Origin: a virus
Lineage: Duplodnaviria > Caudoviricetes
DNA: 64,000 nt
IMG/VR virus record: IMGVR_UViG_3300013105_000843
Span: 32,001-96,000 of that record
Strand: one strand, 5' to 3'
Positions 38,544-49,033 of this stretch are shown piece by piece (the first letter of the stretch is position 1; each line of letters starts with the position of its first letter). The notes beneath the pieces were generated by a model. That model ran no database searches. It worked only from the letters and a program-made list of their open reading frames with translations, and was not told the DNA's origin. The translations under genes were made by a program, and so were the position numbers.

Positions 38544-39245
38544 CTACCCGCCCAGTATTTTGACAAGCAGCGCCGCGATACCGCCCATCGCGAGCGCCGG
38601 CCCAAACGCCAACGGCTCGCAGGTGTCGCGACCGCGAAGGCGAAGCGTCACGATGACCGCCATCTGCAGCGAGCAGCCCACTGCCAGCACAACCGGTAGC
38701 GCGAACACGCCTAGCCACGCGCCGAGCGCGGCCAGCAATTTGAAGTCGCCGTAACCGAGCCCTTCCAGCCCCGTGGCCAGCCGCCAGCCCCAGTACAGGC
38801 TCCACAGCACGAGGTAGCCCACGACCGCGCCTTCCACCGCTTCCGGCAAGGGCGCGAGCACCCCGCACAGATTCACCAGCAGACCCGCCCAGATGAGCGG
38901 CAGGGTCAGGTCGTCCGGCAGCAGCCGCAAATTCAGGTCGGTCAGGGCGAGCCCCGCCAGCACGAGCACCAGGCCGCACGCGGCGAACCCCGCAGCCGTC
39001 GTGCCCATCAGCACGGGCATCGAGAGCGCAAGCACTGCGCCGGGCACCAGCACCCGGGGCCAGCGTCGGAACGCGCCGCGCGCGCAATCCCCGCACCAGC
39101 ACACCCATGGCGGGTGGCCGGAATCCAGGCCGGCGCCGCACAGCGAGCAGACTTCTCCCTCCGGCGCGGGCGCGGCCCGGGCGGCCGCTGGATGGTCGGG
39201 CTCGGGCAGAGTATTCAGGTCGGTCATCAGCGCAACGGTTGGCAT
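38544..39245 (-). CDS. A24 prepilin peptidase-like protein
   Basis: TDL...LLPD.LTLPL.W.GL, GLGYGDFKLLAALGAWLG and AFGP.LA; CxxC/CxxC pairs at the N-terminus. Confidence 0.85.
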   Translation of the reverse strand: MPTVALMTDLNTLPEPDHPAAARAAPAPEGEVCSLCGAGLDSGHPPWVCWCGDCARGAFRRWPRVLVPGAVLALSMPVLMGTTAAGFAACGLVLVLAGLALTDLNLRLLPDDLTLPLIWAGLLVNLCGVLAPLPEAVEGAVVGYLVLWSLYWGWRLATGLEGLGYGDFKLLAALGAWLGVFALPVVLAVGCSLQMAVIVTLRLRGRDTCEPLAFGPALAMGGIAALLVKILGG

Positions 39246-39413
39246 ATTACGTATTTACGAGTATATTACGCATCCGGCCGACCACCGGCAAGTCCTGTCC
39301 GCCAATCCTGCCGCGTCAACCAGCCCGATATCGCAAAACAGCCGAATTGCCCCGCGCATCGACCTATACGGTCTTGCAGCAATTTTGCTGTTTCTAACAA
39401 GAGGAAACAAAAC

Positions 39414-41645
39414 ATGAAGAACGCACTCTACAACCACACCCTCGGCAAGGACATGCTGTCCGAGTCCAAGTTCTACATGGGGTACTCCCGGTGGAACGGC
39501 GCCAAGGCGGGTTACGAGACCTGGGAAGAATCGGTCGAGCGCGTGATGCAGATGCATCGCGAGAAGTATTCCGAACGGCTGTCCCCGGAGCTGGAAGCCT
39601 ACCTGGCGAAGGCGGAGCTGGCTTACAAGAGCCAGTGGGTGCTGGGCGCACAGCGTGCCCTGCAGTTCGGCGGCGAGCAACTGCGCAAGCACGAGGCCCG
39701 CATGTACAACTGCTCGGTGTCGCATTGCGACCGGCCGGCCTTCTTCCCGGAAGCGATGTATCTGCTCCTGTGCGGCTGTGGCGTGGGCTTCTCGGTGCAG
39801 AAGCATCATGTCGCGATGCTGCCGACGCTGAAGAAGCGTTCGGCCAAGCGCGTCAAGCTGTTCCAGGTGCCGGACAGCATCGAGGGTTGGGCGGACGCTT
39901 TCGGCGTGCTGCTCAGCTCGTACTTCGGTGAGGGGCCCTTCCCGCAGTACAAGGGCTGTCATGTCCACTTCGATTTCAGCCTCATCCGTCCGAAGGGCGC
40001 GATGATTTCGGGTGGTTTCAAGGCTCCGGGACCGGACGGTCTGCGCAACGCGCTCAACAAGTGCGAAGCCCTGCTCGAGCGCACGCTCGGTGAGGCTAAC
40101 GAGGTCGCGATGCCGCCCATCGTGGCGTACGACTTCGTGATGCACATGAGCGATGCCGTGCTGGCTGGCGGTGTGCGCCGTTCGGCGACCATCTGCCTGT
40201 TCGACAAGGACGACGAGGAGATGCTGAGCGCGAAGACGGGGGACTGGTACGTCAAGAACCCGCAGCGTGGCCGCAGCAACAACTCGGTGGTGCTGATGCG
40301 TGACGAGTTGACCCGCGAGGAATGGGCGCAAATCATGAGGTCGGTTCGCGACTTCGGTGAGCCCGGCTTCATCTTCACGGAGAACAAGGAGTTCGCGTAC
40401 AACCCGTGCGTGGAAATCGGCATGTTGCCGAAGACGGAAGACGGCGAGTCCGGCTTCCAGTTCTGCAACCTGACCGAAATCAACGGCGGCAAGTGCACGG
40501 ACGAAGAGCGCTTCTACAAGGCATGCGAGGCCGGCGCCATCCTGGGCACGCTCCAGGCAGGTTACACCGACTTCAAGTACCTGACGGAAGCCACGCGTCG
40601 CATCACGGAGCGCGAAGCCCTGATTGGTGTGTCCATCACCGGCTGGATGAACAATCCGGACGTGCTGTTCGATGAAGCCATCCTGAAGAAGGGGGCGGAA
40701 ATCGTGAAGGCAACCAACAAGGCAGTGGCCAAGCTGCTGGACATCAACCCTGCCGCGCGCACCACCTGCGCGAAGCCTTCGGGCAACGCGTCGGTGCTGC
40801 TGGGCACCGCTTCGGGCATCCACGGGGAACACGCGCCGATGTACTTCCGCAACGTGCAGATGAACGAGGACGACGAAGTCGCCAAGCTCATCATGGCCAT
40901 CAATCCCAAGATGGTCGAACGCTCGGTGTGGAACAGCAATGGCACGGACGTCGTGGTCAGCTTCCCGGTCGTCACGAAGGAAGGTTCCATTTTCAAGCGT
41001 GACCTGATGGGCGTGAAGCAGCTGGAGTTCGTCAAGAAGGCCCAGCAGCACTGGGTCGAGAATGGCACCGATGTCGAGCTGTGCGTGGACAAGCATCTTC
41101 GCCACAACATCTCGAACACCATCTCGGTCGACGACTGGGAGGCGGTGGAGCAGTACATTTTCGATAATCGCCAGTGGTTCGCAGGCATCTCGCTGCTCTC
41201 GGCGTCGGGGGACAAGGGCTATGCCCAGGCTCCCTTCACCGAAGTGCATACGCCGGACGAAATCCTGCGTACGTACGGCGAGGCCAGCATGTTCGCCTCG
41301 GGTCTGATTGTCGAAGGGCTGCACGCCTTCGATAACAACCTGTGGATGGCCTGCGATACGGCGATGGGCAACGGGCTGAAGCTCACGAACGAGGCAACCG
41401 ACCTGCTCAAGCGCGACTGGGTGCGTCGCTTCAACAAGTTCGCGGACAACTTCTTCAACGGTGACCAGCAGAAGACGGCGTTCTGTCTCAAGGACTGCCA
41501 GAATCTGCACAAGTGGGTGGCCATCATGAAGAGCATCAAGGAAATCGATTTTGCCTCGGTGCTGTCCGAACAGACGTTCGTGGACGCGAATACGTTGGCC
41601 TCCCAGGCCTGCGCCGGCGGAACCTGCGAAATCAGCTTCGGCTGA
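39414..41645 (+). CDS. nrdJ: ribonucleotide reductase, probably class II monomeric (B12-dependent) type
   Basis: YNC, NPCVEI, CNLTEIN, KPSGN and C-terminal CAGGTCEI; no beta subunit adjacent; GAGGA RBS. Confidence 0.8.
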   Translation: MKNALYNHTLGKDMLSESKFYMGYSRWNGAKAGYETWEESVERVMQMHREKYSERLSPELEAYLAKAELAYKSQWVLGAQRALQFGGEQLRKHEARMYNCSVSHCDRPAFFPEAMYLLLCGCGVGFSVQKHHVAMLPTLKKRSAKRVKLFQVPDSIEGWADAFGVLLSSYFGEGPFPQYKGCHVHFDFSLIRPKGAMISGGFKAPGPDGLRNALNKCEALLERTLGEANEVAMPPIVAYDFVMHMSDAVLAGGVRRSATICLFDKDDEEMLSAKTGDWYVKNPQRGRSNNSVVLMRDELTREEWAQIMRSVRDFGEPGFIFTENKEFAYNPCVEIGMLPKTEDGESGFQFCNLTEINGGKCTDEERFYKACEAGAILGTLQAGYTDFKYLTEATRRITEREALIGVSITGWMNNPDVLFDEAILKKGAEIVKATNKAVAKLLDINPAARTTCAKPSGNASVLLGTASGIHGEHAPMYFRNVQMNEDDEVAKLIMAINPKMVERSVWNSNGTDVVVSFPVVTKEGSIFKRDLMGVKQLEFVKKAQQHWVENGTDVELCVDKHLRHNISNTISVDDWEAVEQYIFDNRQWFAGISLLSASGDKGYAQAPFTEVHTPDEILRTYGEASMFASGLIVEGLHAFDNNLWMACDTAMGNGLKLTNEATDLLKRDWVRRFNKFADNFFNGDQQKTAFCLKDCQNLHKWVAIMKSIKEIDFASVLSEQTFVDANTLASQACAGGTCEISFG

Positions 41646-41671
41646 TAACGCAACCTGCCAAGCCGTGACTC

Positions 41672-41702
41672 AAAAGCCACCTGGTTCTCCAGGTGGCTTT
41701 TC
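41672..41702. terminator. bidirectional intrinsic terminator
   Basis: AAAAGCCACCTGG-ttct-CCAGGTGGCTTTT. Confidence 0.8.
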
Positions 41703-41778
41703 TTATGCCGGCGCCACTCTCAAGCCACCAATGGGAAAGGCGCACCTTCGTGCGCCCTGAGCGAGGCAGTTCTTGATG

Positions 41779-42924
41779 TCAGATAGCGTCGGCCGCGCGC
41801 TGCCAGTCCGGGCCCAGCATCATCCCGTGGCCGCTATTCGGCAGCTCGAGCAGCTCTGCGCCGTAGGCCGCTGCCGTGCGCCGGACGAGGTCGAGCGGGA
41901 TGACCTTGTCGCGCGCGCCGCCCAGCACGGTGACAGGCACCCGGATGTCTGCCGGCCGCACCGCGGGTGATACGGCCAACGCCTGCGCCAGCACCTCCTT
42001 GGACCTGTAGCTGAAGAGATTGTCCTGCGCCTGCTTCAGTTCCTCGCTGCTCAGCTTGTTATGTGGCACCGCGCCCATCAGCACCGCCTTGCGTGCGTCA
42101 TTGCGGCTGAGCCAGTGCTGCACGACAAAGCCGCCCATCGAATGCCCGACGATGATAGGCACCGCCTCGAGCGACCGGGTCACCTCCTCCACATCGTTGA
42201 CGTAGGTGAGCACCGACTCGACGGCCGACAAGCGCCGGCTGCGCCCGTGGTTCGTGAGCGAGACCGCGTGCACGTCGTAGCCCTTCGCGGCCAGGTACGG
42301 CACGAACTTGATGCGCCATTGCCAGCAGCAGCCACCCGCGCCGTGCACCAGCACGACCGGCGTGGCGCCGGCGTGCCCGGCCCGTTTTTCCAGCACCTCC
42401 AGCCCCGAATCGAGGTGATACACCCGGACCTGACTGGAGGCCTGCCGCTCAACCACCTGGATGCTGGCCGTGCATTCGTCGTCATCGGCGGCGAGGGTGG
42501 CACCGGCGCGCGATACCAGCGACGCCATGCGGAAGTTTCGCCGCATGAACATCACGTAGACGGTCGAAATGCCGCGCTTGCGCGACTCCTCGAGGCTCGC
42601 AGCCAGCATGCGGCTCGACAGGCCGCGGCCGCGCACGCGCCGGTCGACGCTCACGCCCAGTTCCGCGACGGGATGGCCACGCTCGTCGAAGACCGCGAGG
42701 TGGCAGAGGCCGGCCAGGCCGAACGCGCCCCACACGCCCAGCACGACGTCACGGTTGAAGTCGATATGCGCCACATACTCGCGCAGCGCGATATCGCGAA
42801 TCACGCGGGAAAACCGCAGGCAACGGTCCTCGTCGTTGAGCGCCAGCAGATGCTGGAGGATGGCTTGCGAATCCAGCTCGGTCAGCCGGACGGGACCACC
42901 TAAATCATGAATGAAATCTCCCAT
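41779..42924 (-). CDS. GNAT acetyltransferase / alpha-beta hydrolase fusion
   Basis: AELGVSV....RGRGL (GNAT); LVHGAG, GHSMGG, GG..D and GH (hydrolase triad). Confidence 0.85.
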   Translation of the reverse strand: MGDFIHDLGGPVRLTELDSQAILQHLLALNDEDRCLRFSRVIRDIALREYVAHIDFNRDVVLGVWGAFGLAGLCHLAVFDERGHPVAELGVSVDRRVRGRGLSSRMLAASLEESRKRGISTVYVMFMRRNFRMASLVSRAGATLAADDDECTASIQVVERQASSQVRVYHLDSGLEVLEKRAGHAGATPVVLVHGAGGCCWQWRIKFVPYLAAKGYDVHAVSLTNHGRSRRLSAVESVLTYVNDVEEVTRSLEAVPIIVGHSMGGFVVQHWLSRNDARKAVLMGAVPHNKLSSEELKQAQDNLFSYRSKEVLAQALAVSPAVRPADIRVPVTVLGGARDKVIPLDLVRRTAAAYGAELLELPNSGHGMMLGPDWQRAADAI

Positions 42925-43012
42925 GGGACGATACCTATATGCAGTCAAACTAGCTCCCGTATAGGCTGTTTCTGGTGGATGACCTCCTGACTTTGCGGCT
43001 CGACGACGACCG

Positions 43013-43225
43013 TCACGCAAGCCGATAGGTGCGCAGCTCGCTCACGAGCCATTGGCCGGACAGTTCGTCGAGCCGGGCGCGTAGCTCGCCGGCCGTGCCG
43101 GTGAACTCGGCCAGCATGAGCCGCTCGCGCGTCTCGACGAGATGAATTCCCGCGATTGCCCGTATCGGAGCTTGGTCTTCGATGGGGGCAGGCACCGAGT
43201 CCTTGCGCATAATCACGTACCGCAT
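43013..43225 (-). CDS. small hypothetical protein
   Basis: AAGGAG RBS, 70 aa. Confidence 0.6.
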   Translation of the reverse strand: MRYVIMRKDSVPAPIEDQAPIRAIAGIHLVETRERLMLAEFTGTAGELRARLDELSGQWLVSELRTYRLA

Positions 43226-43369
43226 GTCGGCTTCTCCTTGGTTGAACGCCTACCAAGAAATGGCAGCCAGCGCGGAAAACCGGCAACGCGAAGCACCGAA
43301 AAATGAAAAACCCCGTTTGCACGGGGTCTTGAGAGTCGAAGTTGCTTTGTCCGGTCCTGCGTCATTCAG

Positions 43370-43666
43370 CTATGCCCCGGGTATGCGCTGTCGTCCGCGC
43401 GGCGGCTGCCGCACGTGCCGCTGCGCAAACTTCTGATACCAGTTCAGGTTCTCGGTCAGCGCAACCGACTCCTTCACCTCCGCAAGGCGGGGATACACCA
43501 GCGGCGGAACCGGTACGTCTTCGCCGAGCGCTCGCAGTGCCTCAGGCACGTTGTGCGCCGTGACGACTTCATAGCCGTGGGCCCGCAGCGCCTGCACGAT
43601 GGCAGCGGCCGCAGCGGCAGAGTCCACCACCAGGATGCGCTCCATCGTTTTTGTATCTGCGTCCAT
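43370..43666 (-). CDS. hypothetical protein with a receiver-like N-terminus
   Basis: RILVVDS......I..AL...GYEV..A....EAL; GGAGG RBS. Confidence 0.55.
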   Translation of the reverse strand: MDADTKTMERILVVDSAAAAAAIVQALRAHGYEVVTAHNVPEALRALGEDVPVPPLVYPRLAEVKESVALTENLNWYQKFAQRHVRQPPRGRQRIPGA

Positions 43667-43736
43667 TTGTATTTCCTCCACTGAAGGTTTAGACGCAGTC
43701 GTATAGGCACGCACGCCGCGGCGTCGTGGGCATGCG

Positions 43737-44906
43737 CTAGTTGCCTTCCGTCTCGGCGGGGAGCCAGGCGAGATAGCGCTCGCGGTTGTCGGGCCGGAAG
43801 TAGCCGCGGCCCGCCACCTCGTCAAAGAGCTTGCGCATGTCGTCCAGCATCCTGCGCCGTGCCGGCGCGGGCAGCAGGCCAAAGCCGTGGTTCAGGCAGA
43901 TGGCCATACTGCAAAGCAATGCGCGGTCGGGTTCATCCGGCAATGCTGCTGCGGGGTGCTGACGCAGGTACTCGAGCCGGCTCGCGTCAATCGCATCACC
44001 GCTATAGCCCGTGCGGCGCAACAGCGTCGCGGCACGCTCGAGCGCGTGGTCGATGCAGACAGCAATCGCCTCGCCGGGGCTCGGCGTCCACGCGGTGGCG
44101 GGCGCTGGCTCGCCCACCGGTGGGACCGGACGAATCTCGCATTCGCGCAACTCACATGAATCTGGCGCGCGTTCGATGATGAACGGCGCGCCGCCGTCTT
44201 TCGGCGTGCACTCGTAGCGCTGTACAGCGCTGTCACTGGCGTGCGCAGCGATAAAGCGCTGCACGGCCGCATCGATGGCGGCATAGTCGGTCGACGCGAG
44301 CAACGACTCGTTTTCCCGAGCCCACTTCAGCAAGTCCTCCGCCGTAGTTCGGGTCAGCCCCGCGATGACCAGCTCGATTTCGGCGAATACCCGGTAGCGG
44401 CAGTCCTGCCGATGATGCTCGATGTGCGGTGTCTTGGTAAGGCACGTGCAGGCGGCCGCCTGGGCCATGCGCACCTCGCGGAGGTGGCGCCCCGCGAGCC
44501 GAAACAAACCTTCTGCACCCGGTATGGCAGGCGCGCCGAGCGTGGACTGCTCATGGCCGCGATGTCGGTCTGCAGCCGGGCGATGAGCCCAGCCGCGCCA
44601 TGCGTGTTCGGTCGCATCGTTCCAGAACGTCGCCGGGCCCACTCCCGTCAACGTGGTGATGCCTCCTTTCTCCGCGCACGTCGTCAGGTCGTATCCCTGG
44701 CCACGCGCGAACTGCCTGAAGTCATCATAGACGACGCTGGGGGTACGTGCTTTCGCCACACGGCTGTGCGCCGCGCGTTCACGGTCCAGAGCAATCAGTT
44801 CGCGCACGCGCGCAGCAGAAAACATAGCGCGGCCGTCAGCAAGCTGGGGGTCAAGCGATGTCCAGTCGGTTGATGCCTGCGGGTATCCCGGCTCGTTGTT
44901 TGTCAT
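43737..44906 (-). CDS. modular hypothetical protein
   Basis: 389-aa ORF with GGAG RBS; contains CTC..H...C. Confidence 0.65.
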   Translation of the reverse strand: MTNNEPGYPQASTDWTSLDPQLADGRAMFSAARVRELIALDRERAAHSRVAKARTPSVVYDDFRQFARGQGYDLTTCAEKGGITTLTGVGPATFWNDATEHAWRGWAHRPAADRHRGHEQSTLGAPAIPGAEGLFRLAGRHLREVRMAQAAACTCLTKTPHIEHHRQDCRYRVFAEIELVIAGLTRTTAEDLLKWARENESLLASTDYAAIDAAVQRFIAAHASDSAVQRYECTPKDGGAPFIIERAPDSCELRECEIRPVPPVGEPAPATAWTPSPGEAIAVCIDHALERAATLLRRTGYSGDAIDASRLEYLRQHPAAALPDEPDRALLCSMAICLNHGFGLLPAPARRRMLDDMRKLFDEVAGRGYFRPDNRERYLAWLPAETEGN

Positions 44907-44921
44907 CCGAATGCTCCAAGC

Positions 44922-45251
44922 TTATTTTGTGGGCGGAGTCTCGCCGGGCTCCGCCGAACGCAGCACATAGCACTCGCCCAGCTGGGATGTGATTTGTCCG
45001 GTGTCACTCAATTTCCAGCACGATGCCCCGGCGCTCTTAACTCCCCCGTTGACGATGCGAATCGGTGGCTGACCTGCCGCGCTGCTAGCGGCTATGCCCG
45101 GCGCTGGCCGTTGCTCGCTATAGAGTGTCACCACCGTGACAGCGCTTCCGCTGGGCGCGATAGCCGTTGCCGGCTCAGCAGCGATGGCTGCGGTCATCAT
45201 GCAAAGCAGGCAAACACCTGCAGGCAGAACGGAGCTGTTTCGAGTCATCAT
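44922..45251 (-). CDS. small secreted protein
   Basis: Signal peptide-like N-terminus, two Cys in the mature part. Confidence 0.5.
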   Translation of the reverse strand: MMTRNSSVLPAGVCLLCMMTAAIAAEPATAIAPSGSAVTVVTLYSEQRPAPGIAASSAAGQPPIRIVNGGVKSAGASCWKLSDTGQITSQLGECYVLRSAEPGETPPTK

Positions 45252-45600
45252 CTGAGGATGTATCTTGGTTAGCTAAAGCGGATTAATCCACCTCGGCGGC
45301 GGCTTTCATACCGTTTGACCTGATTTTGTCGAGCCGATACTTCACTTTGTTGCCGAGTTAGCGCATGGCGTGTTTCTGCGGTGAAGTTAAAAATTCTACG
45401 CGCTATGCGCAGCTTGTCAAGCAATGAACATGTGTATTTTGTTGTATAACTGGTATGCTGCCGCATCGAGAGACATGACCGCCGGCCCATTGCGCACGGA
45501 AACCGAGTCGCTTTACCCATTTCCCACCCGGACTAATTGACAATCAATCGATTAAGGCTATATTATTCTTGCACCTTCACCGCTCATCCCGGAGTACAAC

Positions 45601-46434
45601 ATGAAGTTTCCGCGCCTGTTGGCCGTGGCGACCGCGCTCGCCCTGGCCGTCTCGCCCCTGACGTGGGCCAAGGGTTCTGGCTTCAGCTCGAGCCGCTCGT
45701 CGTCGTCTTTCAGCCGCTCTTACAGTTCGTACAGCTCCAGTTCGTACAGCCCGAGCCGTTCCAGTTCGTCCTGGTCGTCCAGTCCGTCGTCGACCTCTTC
45801 CGCAAGCCGCAGCTCGGGATTCGGTTCGGGAGCCAGTTCATCCGGCAAGAGCGCCGCCGCAACCGGGCTCGGCAGCACGCTGTATGCCGCGCATGCGAGC
45901 AAGGCCGCCGCCGACACCTACACCCGACAGTCGAGTGCGGGCTCTGACACCGGGAGCGCACGCCCCTCTGGCAGCCAGATGGCAAGCAACCAGTCGGCAT
46001 CCGGTTACGCCGCGGCTCCGAGCCGCTCAGCGAACTACCAGCCGACCGAAGTGCATCACTACCACACGGTCGACACCTCGAGCAGCTCGAACAATTTCCT
46101 GCTGGGCTACATGCTCGGTCGCTCCGGCGAGCGCCACGACACGGTGGTCGTCCAACAGGCGCCTGCTCCGCAGTACGCACCGGCGCAGTACACACCGCAA
46201 CCCGCAGGCGTGGTGACGCCGGAAGGGGTTCAACCGGCCGCCGCGCACGCGCAGCCGGCAAGCGACCCCGGTGTCGCCGCTTCTGAAAAGGCCCGCCAGT
46301 CGGACTTCCACTTCATGGGGGTGGTGGTCTGGATGCTGGTCCTCGGTGGCGTCGCTTTCGTGAGCTACCAGGCGTTCAAGCGCTGGTCGGTCCGCAAGGC
46401 TCGCTATACCTCGACGAACCACTACAAACTGTAA
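45601..46434 (+). CDS. Ser-rich exported protein with C-terminal TM anchor
   Basis: Signal peptide, Ser/Gly low complexity, FLLGYMLG motif, C-terminal TM; promoter TTGACA-16 nt-TATATT at about 45537-45564. Confidence 0.7.
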   Translation: MKFPRLLAVATALALAVSPLTWAKGSGFSSSRSSSSFSRSYSSYSSSSYSPSRSSSSWSSSPSSTSSASRSSGFGSGASSSGKSAAATGLGSTLYAAHASKAAADTYTRQSSAGSDTGSARPSGSQMASNQSASGYAAAPSRSANYQPTEVHHYHTVDTSSSSNNFLLGYMLGRSGERHDTVVVQQAPAPQYAPAQYTPQPAGVVTPEGVQPAAAHAQPASDPGVAASEKARQSDFHFMGVVVWMLVLGGVAFVSYQAFKRWSVRKARYTSTNHYKL

Positions 46435-46442
46435 GGAGCCGC

Positions 46443-47240
46443 ATGGGAATCTTTAACCTCGCGGGCCGCGTGCTCGACAAGAAACTCGACGATGCAGCTC
46501 GCGCGCATGCGCCGAAGCTCGACCGTGTCGACACGGGGCTGCCGTTCAACGCGCAAATCGGCGCCCTGCTCGAAGTGCCGCGCACCGATTTCGCGGTGCT
46601 CTCGGGTTCGCTGCTGACCGTGCCGAAAAGCGCTCAGCTGCCCCTCGTGGCCGTGAGTCGCGTGCATCTGAACGTCGACGATGACCTCGCGCTGTTCCGG
46701 CTCTACACCGACACGGGCGCCGACCGCTCGGGAGCCGGCCAGAGCTTCCTGCAGGTGCTCTGCCGCGCCAGCAATGTCGACGACATTCGTGACCTCACGT
46801 ACTACCAGTTCCTGTGTCGCCAGTATCCCGTCAGCGATGAGGAGCAGGCGCCGTTTCGCGGTGAAGGTTTCGGCCTTGGCGAAGTGAACTACGAAATGGC
46901 CGAGGACCAGCTCGCCACCATCCAGCAGGCCGCCGGCAACATCAGCGCGCTCCTGGCGGGTGCCGAATCGCTGAGTTTCACGCGCGACGCGCCGGGCGGC
47001 GACTACGTGACGCCCTATACCGGTCGCGAGAACCGCCTCGACGATGCCGTCGGTGAGAAGGGGCTGACCAAGCAGCTGTCCTTCATGCCCTACGTGCGCG
47101 ACCTCGATGGCGGCCGCCAGGAGCGCCTGCTGATTTCGTTCGACTACATCCGGAGCATGGACGGCAAGTCCGCGCCGGCCGTGTACGTCGATTTCCTGGC
47201 CGGGCTCGCGCTCGACCGCAACAAGGTAAAGGTCCTCTGA
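46443..47240 (+). CDS. YjfK/DUF2491-like protein
   Basis: L.RLY.D....FLQV, M.Y.R......E.LLIS and G..L C-terminus; adjacent to a PspA-like gene. Confidence 0.6.
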   Translation: MGIFNLAGRVLDKKLDDAARAHAPKLDRVDTGLPFNAQIGALLEVPRTDFAVLSGSLLTVPKSAQLPLVAVSRVHLNVDDDLALFRLYTDTGADRSGAGQSFLQVLCRASNVDDIRDLTYYQFLCRQYPVSDEEQAPFRGEGFGLGEVNYEMAEDQLATIQQAAGNISALLAGAESLSFTRDAPGGDYVTPYTGRENRLDDAVGEKGLTKQLSFMPYVRDLDGGRQERLLISFDYIRSMDGKSAPAVYVDFLAGLALDRNKVKVL

Positions 47241-47284
47241 CACAGCGGACCACTCATCCCCCAACTTTTCGCAAGGAGACTTTC

Positions 47285-48037
47285 ATGTCCGGCTGGAAAC
47301 TGACTGCTGCACTCATCACGAAACACGTCGGCGTGCTCGGCGACAAGCTCGCCACCGCCATCGCCGGCTTCGACCCGGAGACCGCGACGCAGGTCGACCG
47401 GGACAACCTGCAGGCGAAACTGCGCGAGGTGGCGCTGAAGCTCGCGGATGCGAAGCACAAAAACGACGCCGCGCAGAAGACCGCGACCGACCTGGCCGCC
47501 AGCATCGCGAACGACGCGAAAACGGCCGAAATCCTCATCGCCAAGTTCGACAAGAAGGAAATCGACGAGGCGATGCTCAACGAGTTCGCGAACAACCTCG
47601 AGGCCGACAAGGCGCGCCTGCCGGGTATCCAGCAGGATGCAGCCTCCGCGCAGCAGTTGGTCGACACGCTGCAGGAAATCCTCAACACGGTCGAGCAGAA
47701 CCTCAACGAGTTCGACGCGAAGGCCAAGGCAGCGATGCGCAACCTCGAGCAGGCGCGCGCCGACGAGCAACGCGCGGAGATGCAACAGCAGCAGCAGGCC
47801 GAACTGAGCGAGCTGCGCTCGAGCGTCGGCGGCACATCGACGGGGTTGGCCGCGTTGAACCGTGCGGCCGACAAGGCGCGCGTGCAGGCGGACGCCGCGC
47901 AGACCGTCGCCGACATCGGCCAGAAGCCGATTGACCGCGCGAACGTCATCGAGGAAGCCCGCAGCATCGCCGCGGGCGACGCGCCGGCGGCCACCGAGTC
48001 GACCGCGGACCGCCTGCGCCGCATCGCCGGCAAGTAA
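47285..48037 (+). CDS. PspA/IM30-like coiled-coil protein
   Basis: Continuous Ala/Gln-rich coiled coil, DPE near the N-terminus, ends ..DRLRRI. Confidence 0.6.
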   Translation: MSGWKLTAALITKHVGVLGDKLATAIAGFDPETATQVDRDNLQAKLREVALKLADAKHKNDAAQKTATDLAASIANDAKTAEILIAKFDKKEIDEAMLNEFANNLEADKARLPGIQQDAASAQQLVDTLQEILNTVEQNLNEFDAKAKAAMRNLEQARADEQRAEMQQQQQAELSELRSSVGGTSTGLAALNRAADKARVQADAAQTVADIGQKPIDRANVIEEARSIAAGDAPAATESTADRLRRIAGK

Positions 48038-48101
48038 GCCGGGCGTTCCTGGCATGGCCGGCTTACTTGCCGGTCGAGCCAGCGTTCAGCGCTTTGCACA
48101 C

Positions 48102-48133
48102 AACCCACCGGGACCCCGGTGGGTTTTTCTTTT
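48102..48133 (+). terminator. intrinsic terminator
   Basis: AACCCACCGG-gacc-CCGGTGGGTT followed by a T-run. Confidence 0.75.
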
Positions 48134-48234
48134 ACTCCAAAAAATTAACTTGACCATATAGCTATTTCGCAGCATACTGTTTTCGAAATGGAGTATCCCC
48201 GTGGCCGTGTGCCGGCCGTCCCAGGAGAGAATCG

Positions 48235-49008
48235 ATGACCCAGCTGCAAATGAGTGAATTCGTGAACCAGAAAAAGGCCGCCCTCATCAAGTGGGCGATT
48301 ATCGGCGCATGCTGCGTGGTCGCTGCCCCGGCCGCGCTGATGGTGCTCAAGGGCGTGGTCGCGCTGGCCGTGGCCGGTGTGGTGGGCGCGGGCAGCATTT
48401 TCTTCGCTCCGGTCGTGGCCCAGCGAATGGCGATTCAGCGGGTCAAGATGGAAGTCAGGAGCGCCGAAGAGAACCCCATCGAGACGCTGCAGAACGAATA
48501 CATCCAGATGCAGAAGGACGCAGAGTCCTTCGAGAAGGAAGTGACGGCGTTCGCCGCGGAGGTCGACAGCTTCGCGCAGCAGACGCAGGAATACAAGAAG
48601 GAGTACCCGGACGACGCCAAGTTGTTCGAGGACCAGTTGACGGCAATGCGCACCCTCCAGACGTACAAAGAAGGGAAGTTCAAGCAGGCGCAGGCCGACC
48701 TGCACACGTTCGACGGCGTCGTGAAGCGCGCCAAGGCGATGTGGAAAATGGCGCTGTCGGCCAAGCGCATGAATGAAATCGCCGGCCGGCAGAGCGTCGA
48801 TGTGTTCTCGCAAATCCGCAAGGACACCTCGCTCGACACCGTGCGCCAGGCGACGTACCAGTCGTTCGCGGAAGTGCGAACCGCCCTGCTGAAGAAGGTG
48901 GACATGCCGGGGGCCGGCGGGCAAGCCAAGCTTGCCGCCCCGCAGCCGCCGCAAACGCTCGGGTTGGTGGGTGATATCGCCCAGAAACAACCGAACGTCA
49001 ACCAGTAA
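48235..49008 (+). CDS. membrane-anchored coiled-coil protein
   Basis: 2 N-terminal TM, NPIETLQ, long coiled coil; promoter TTGACC-17 nt-CATACT at about 48150-48178. Confidence 0.7.
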   Translation: MTQLQMSEFVNQKKAALIKWAIIGACCVVAAPAALMVLKGVVALAVAGVVGAGSIFFAPVVAQRMAIQRVKMEVRSAEENPIETLQNEYIQMQKDAESFEKEVTAFAAEVDSFAQQTQEYKKEYPDDAKLFEDQLTAMRTLQTYKEGKFKQAQADLHTFDGVVKRAKAMWKMALSAKRMNEIAGRQSVDVFSQIRKDTSLDTVRQATYQSFAEVRTALLKKVDMPGAGGQAKLAAPQPPQTLGLVGDIAQKQPNVNQ

Positions 49009-49033
49009 GTTCACACACTGATAAGGCAAAGCC

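Noticed and set aside
39255-41510. 751-aa minus-strand ORF
   Set aside because: Antisense shadow of the RNR gene with no motifs. The same applies to 31901-33613, 8510-10174, 12713-14017, 29467-30774 and 57270-58535.
45670-45860. Repeat array in the Ser-rich gene
   Set aside because: Low-complexity coding sequence, not regular nucleotide repeats.
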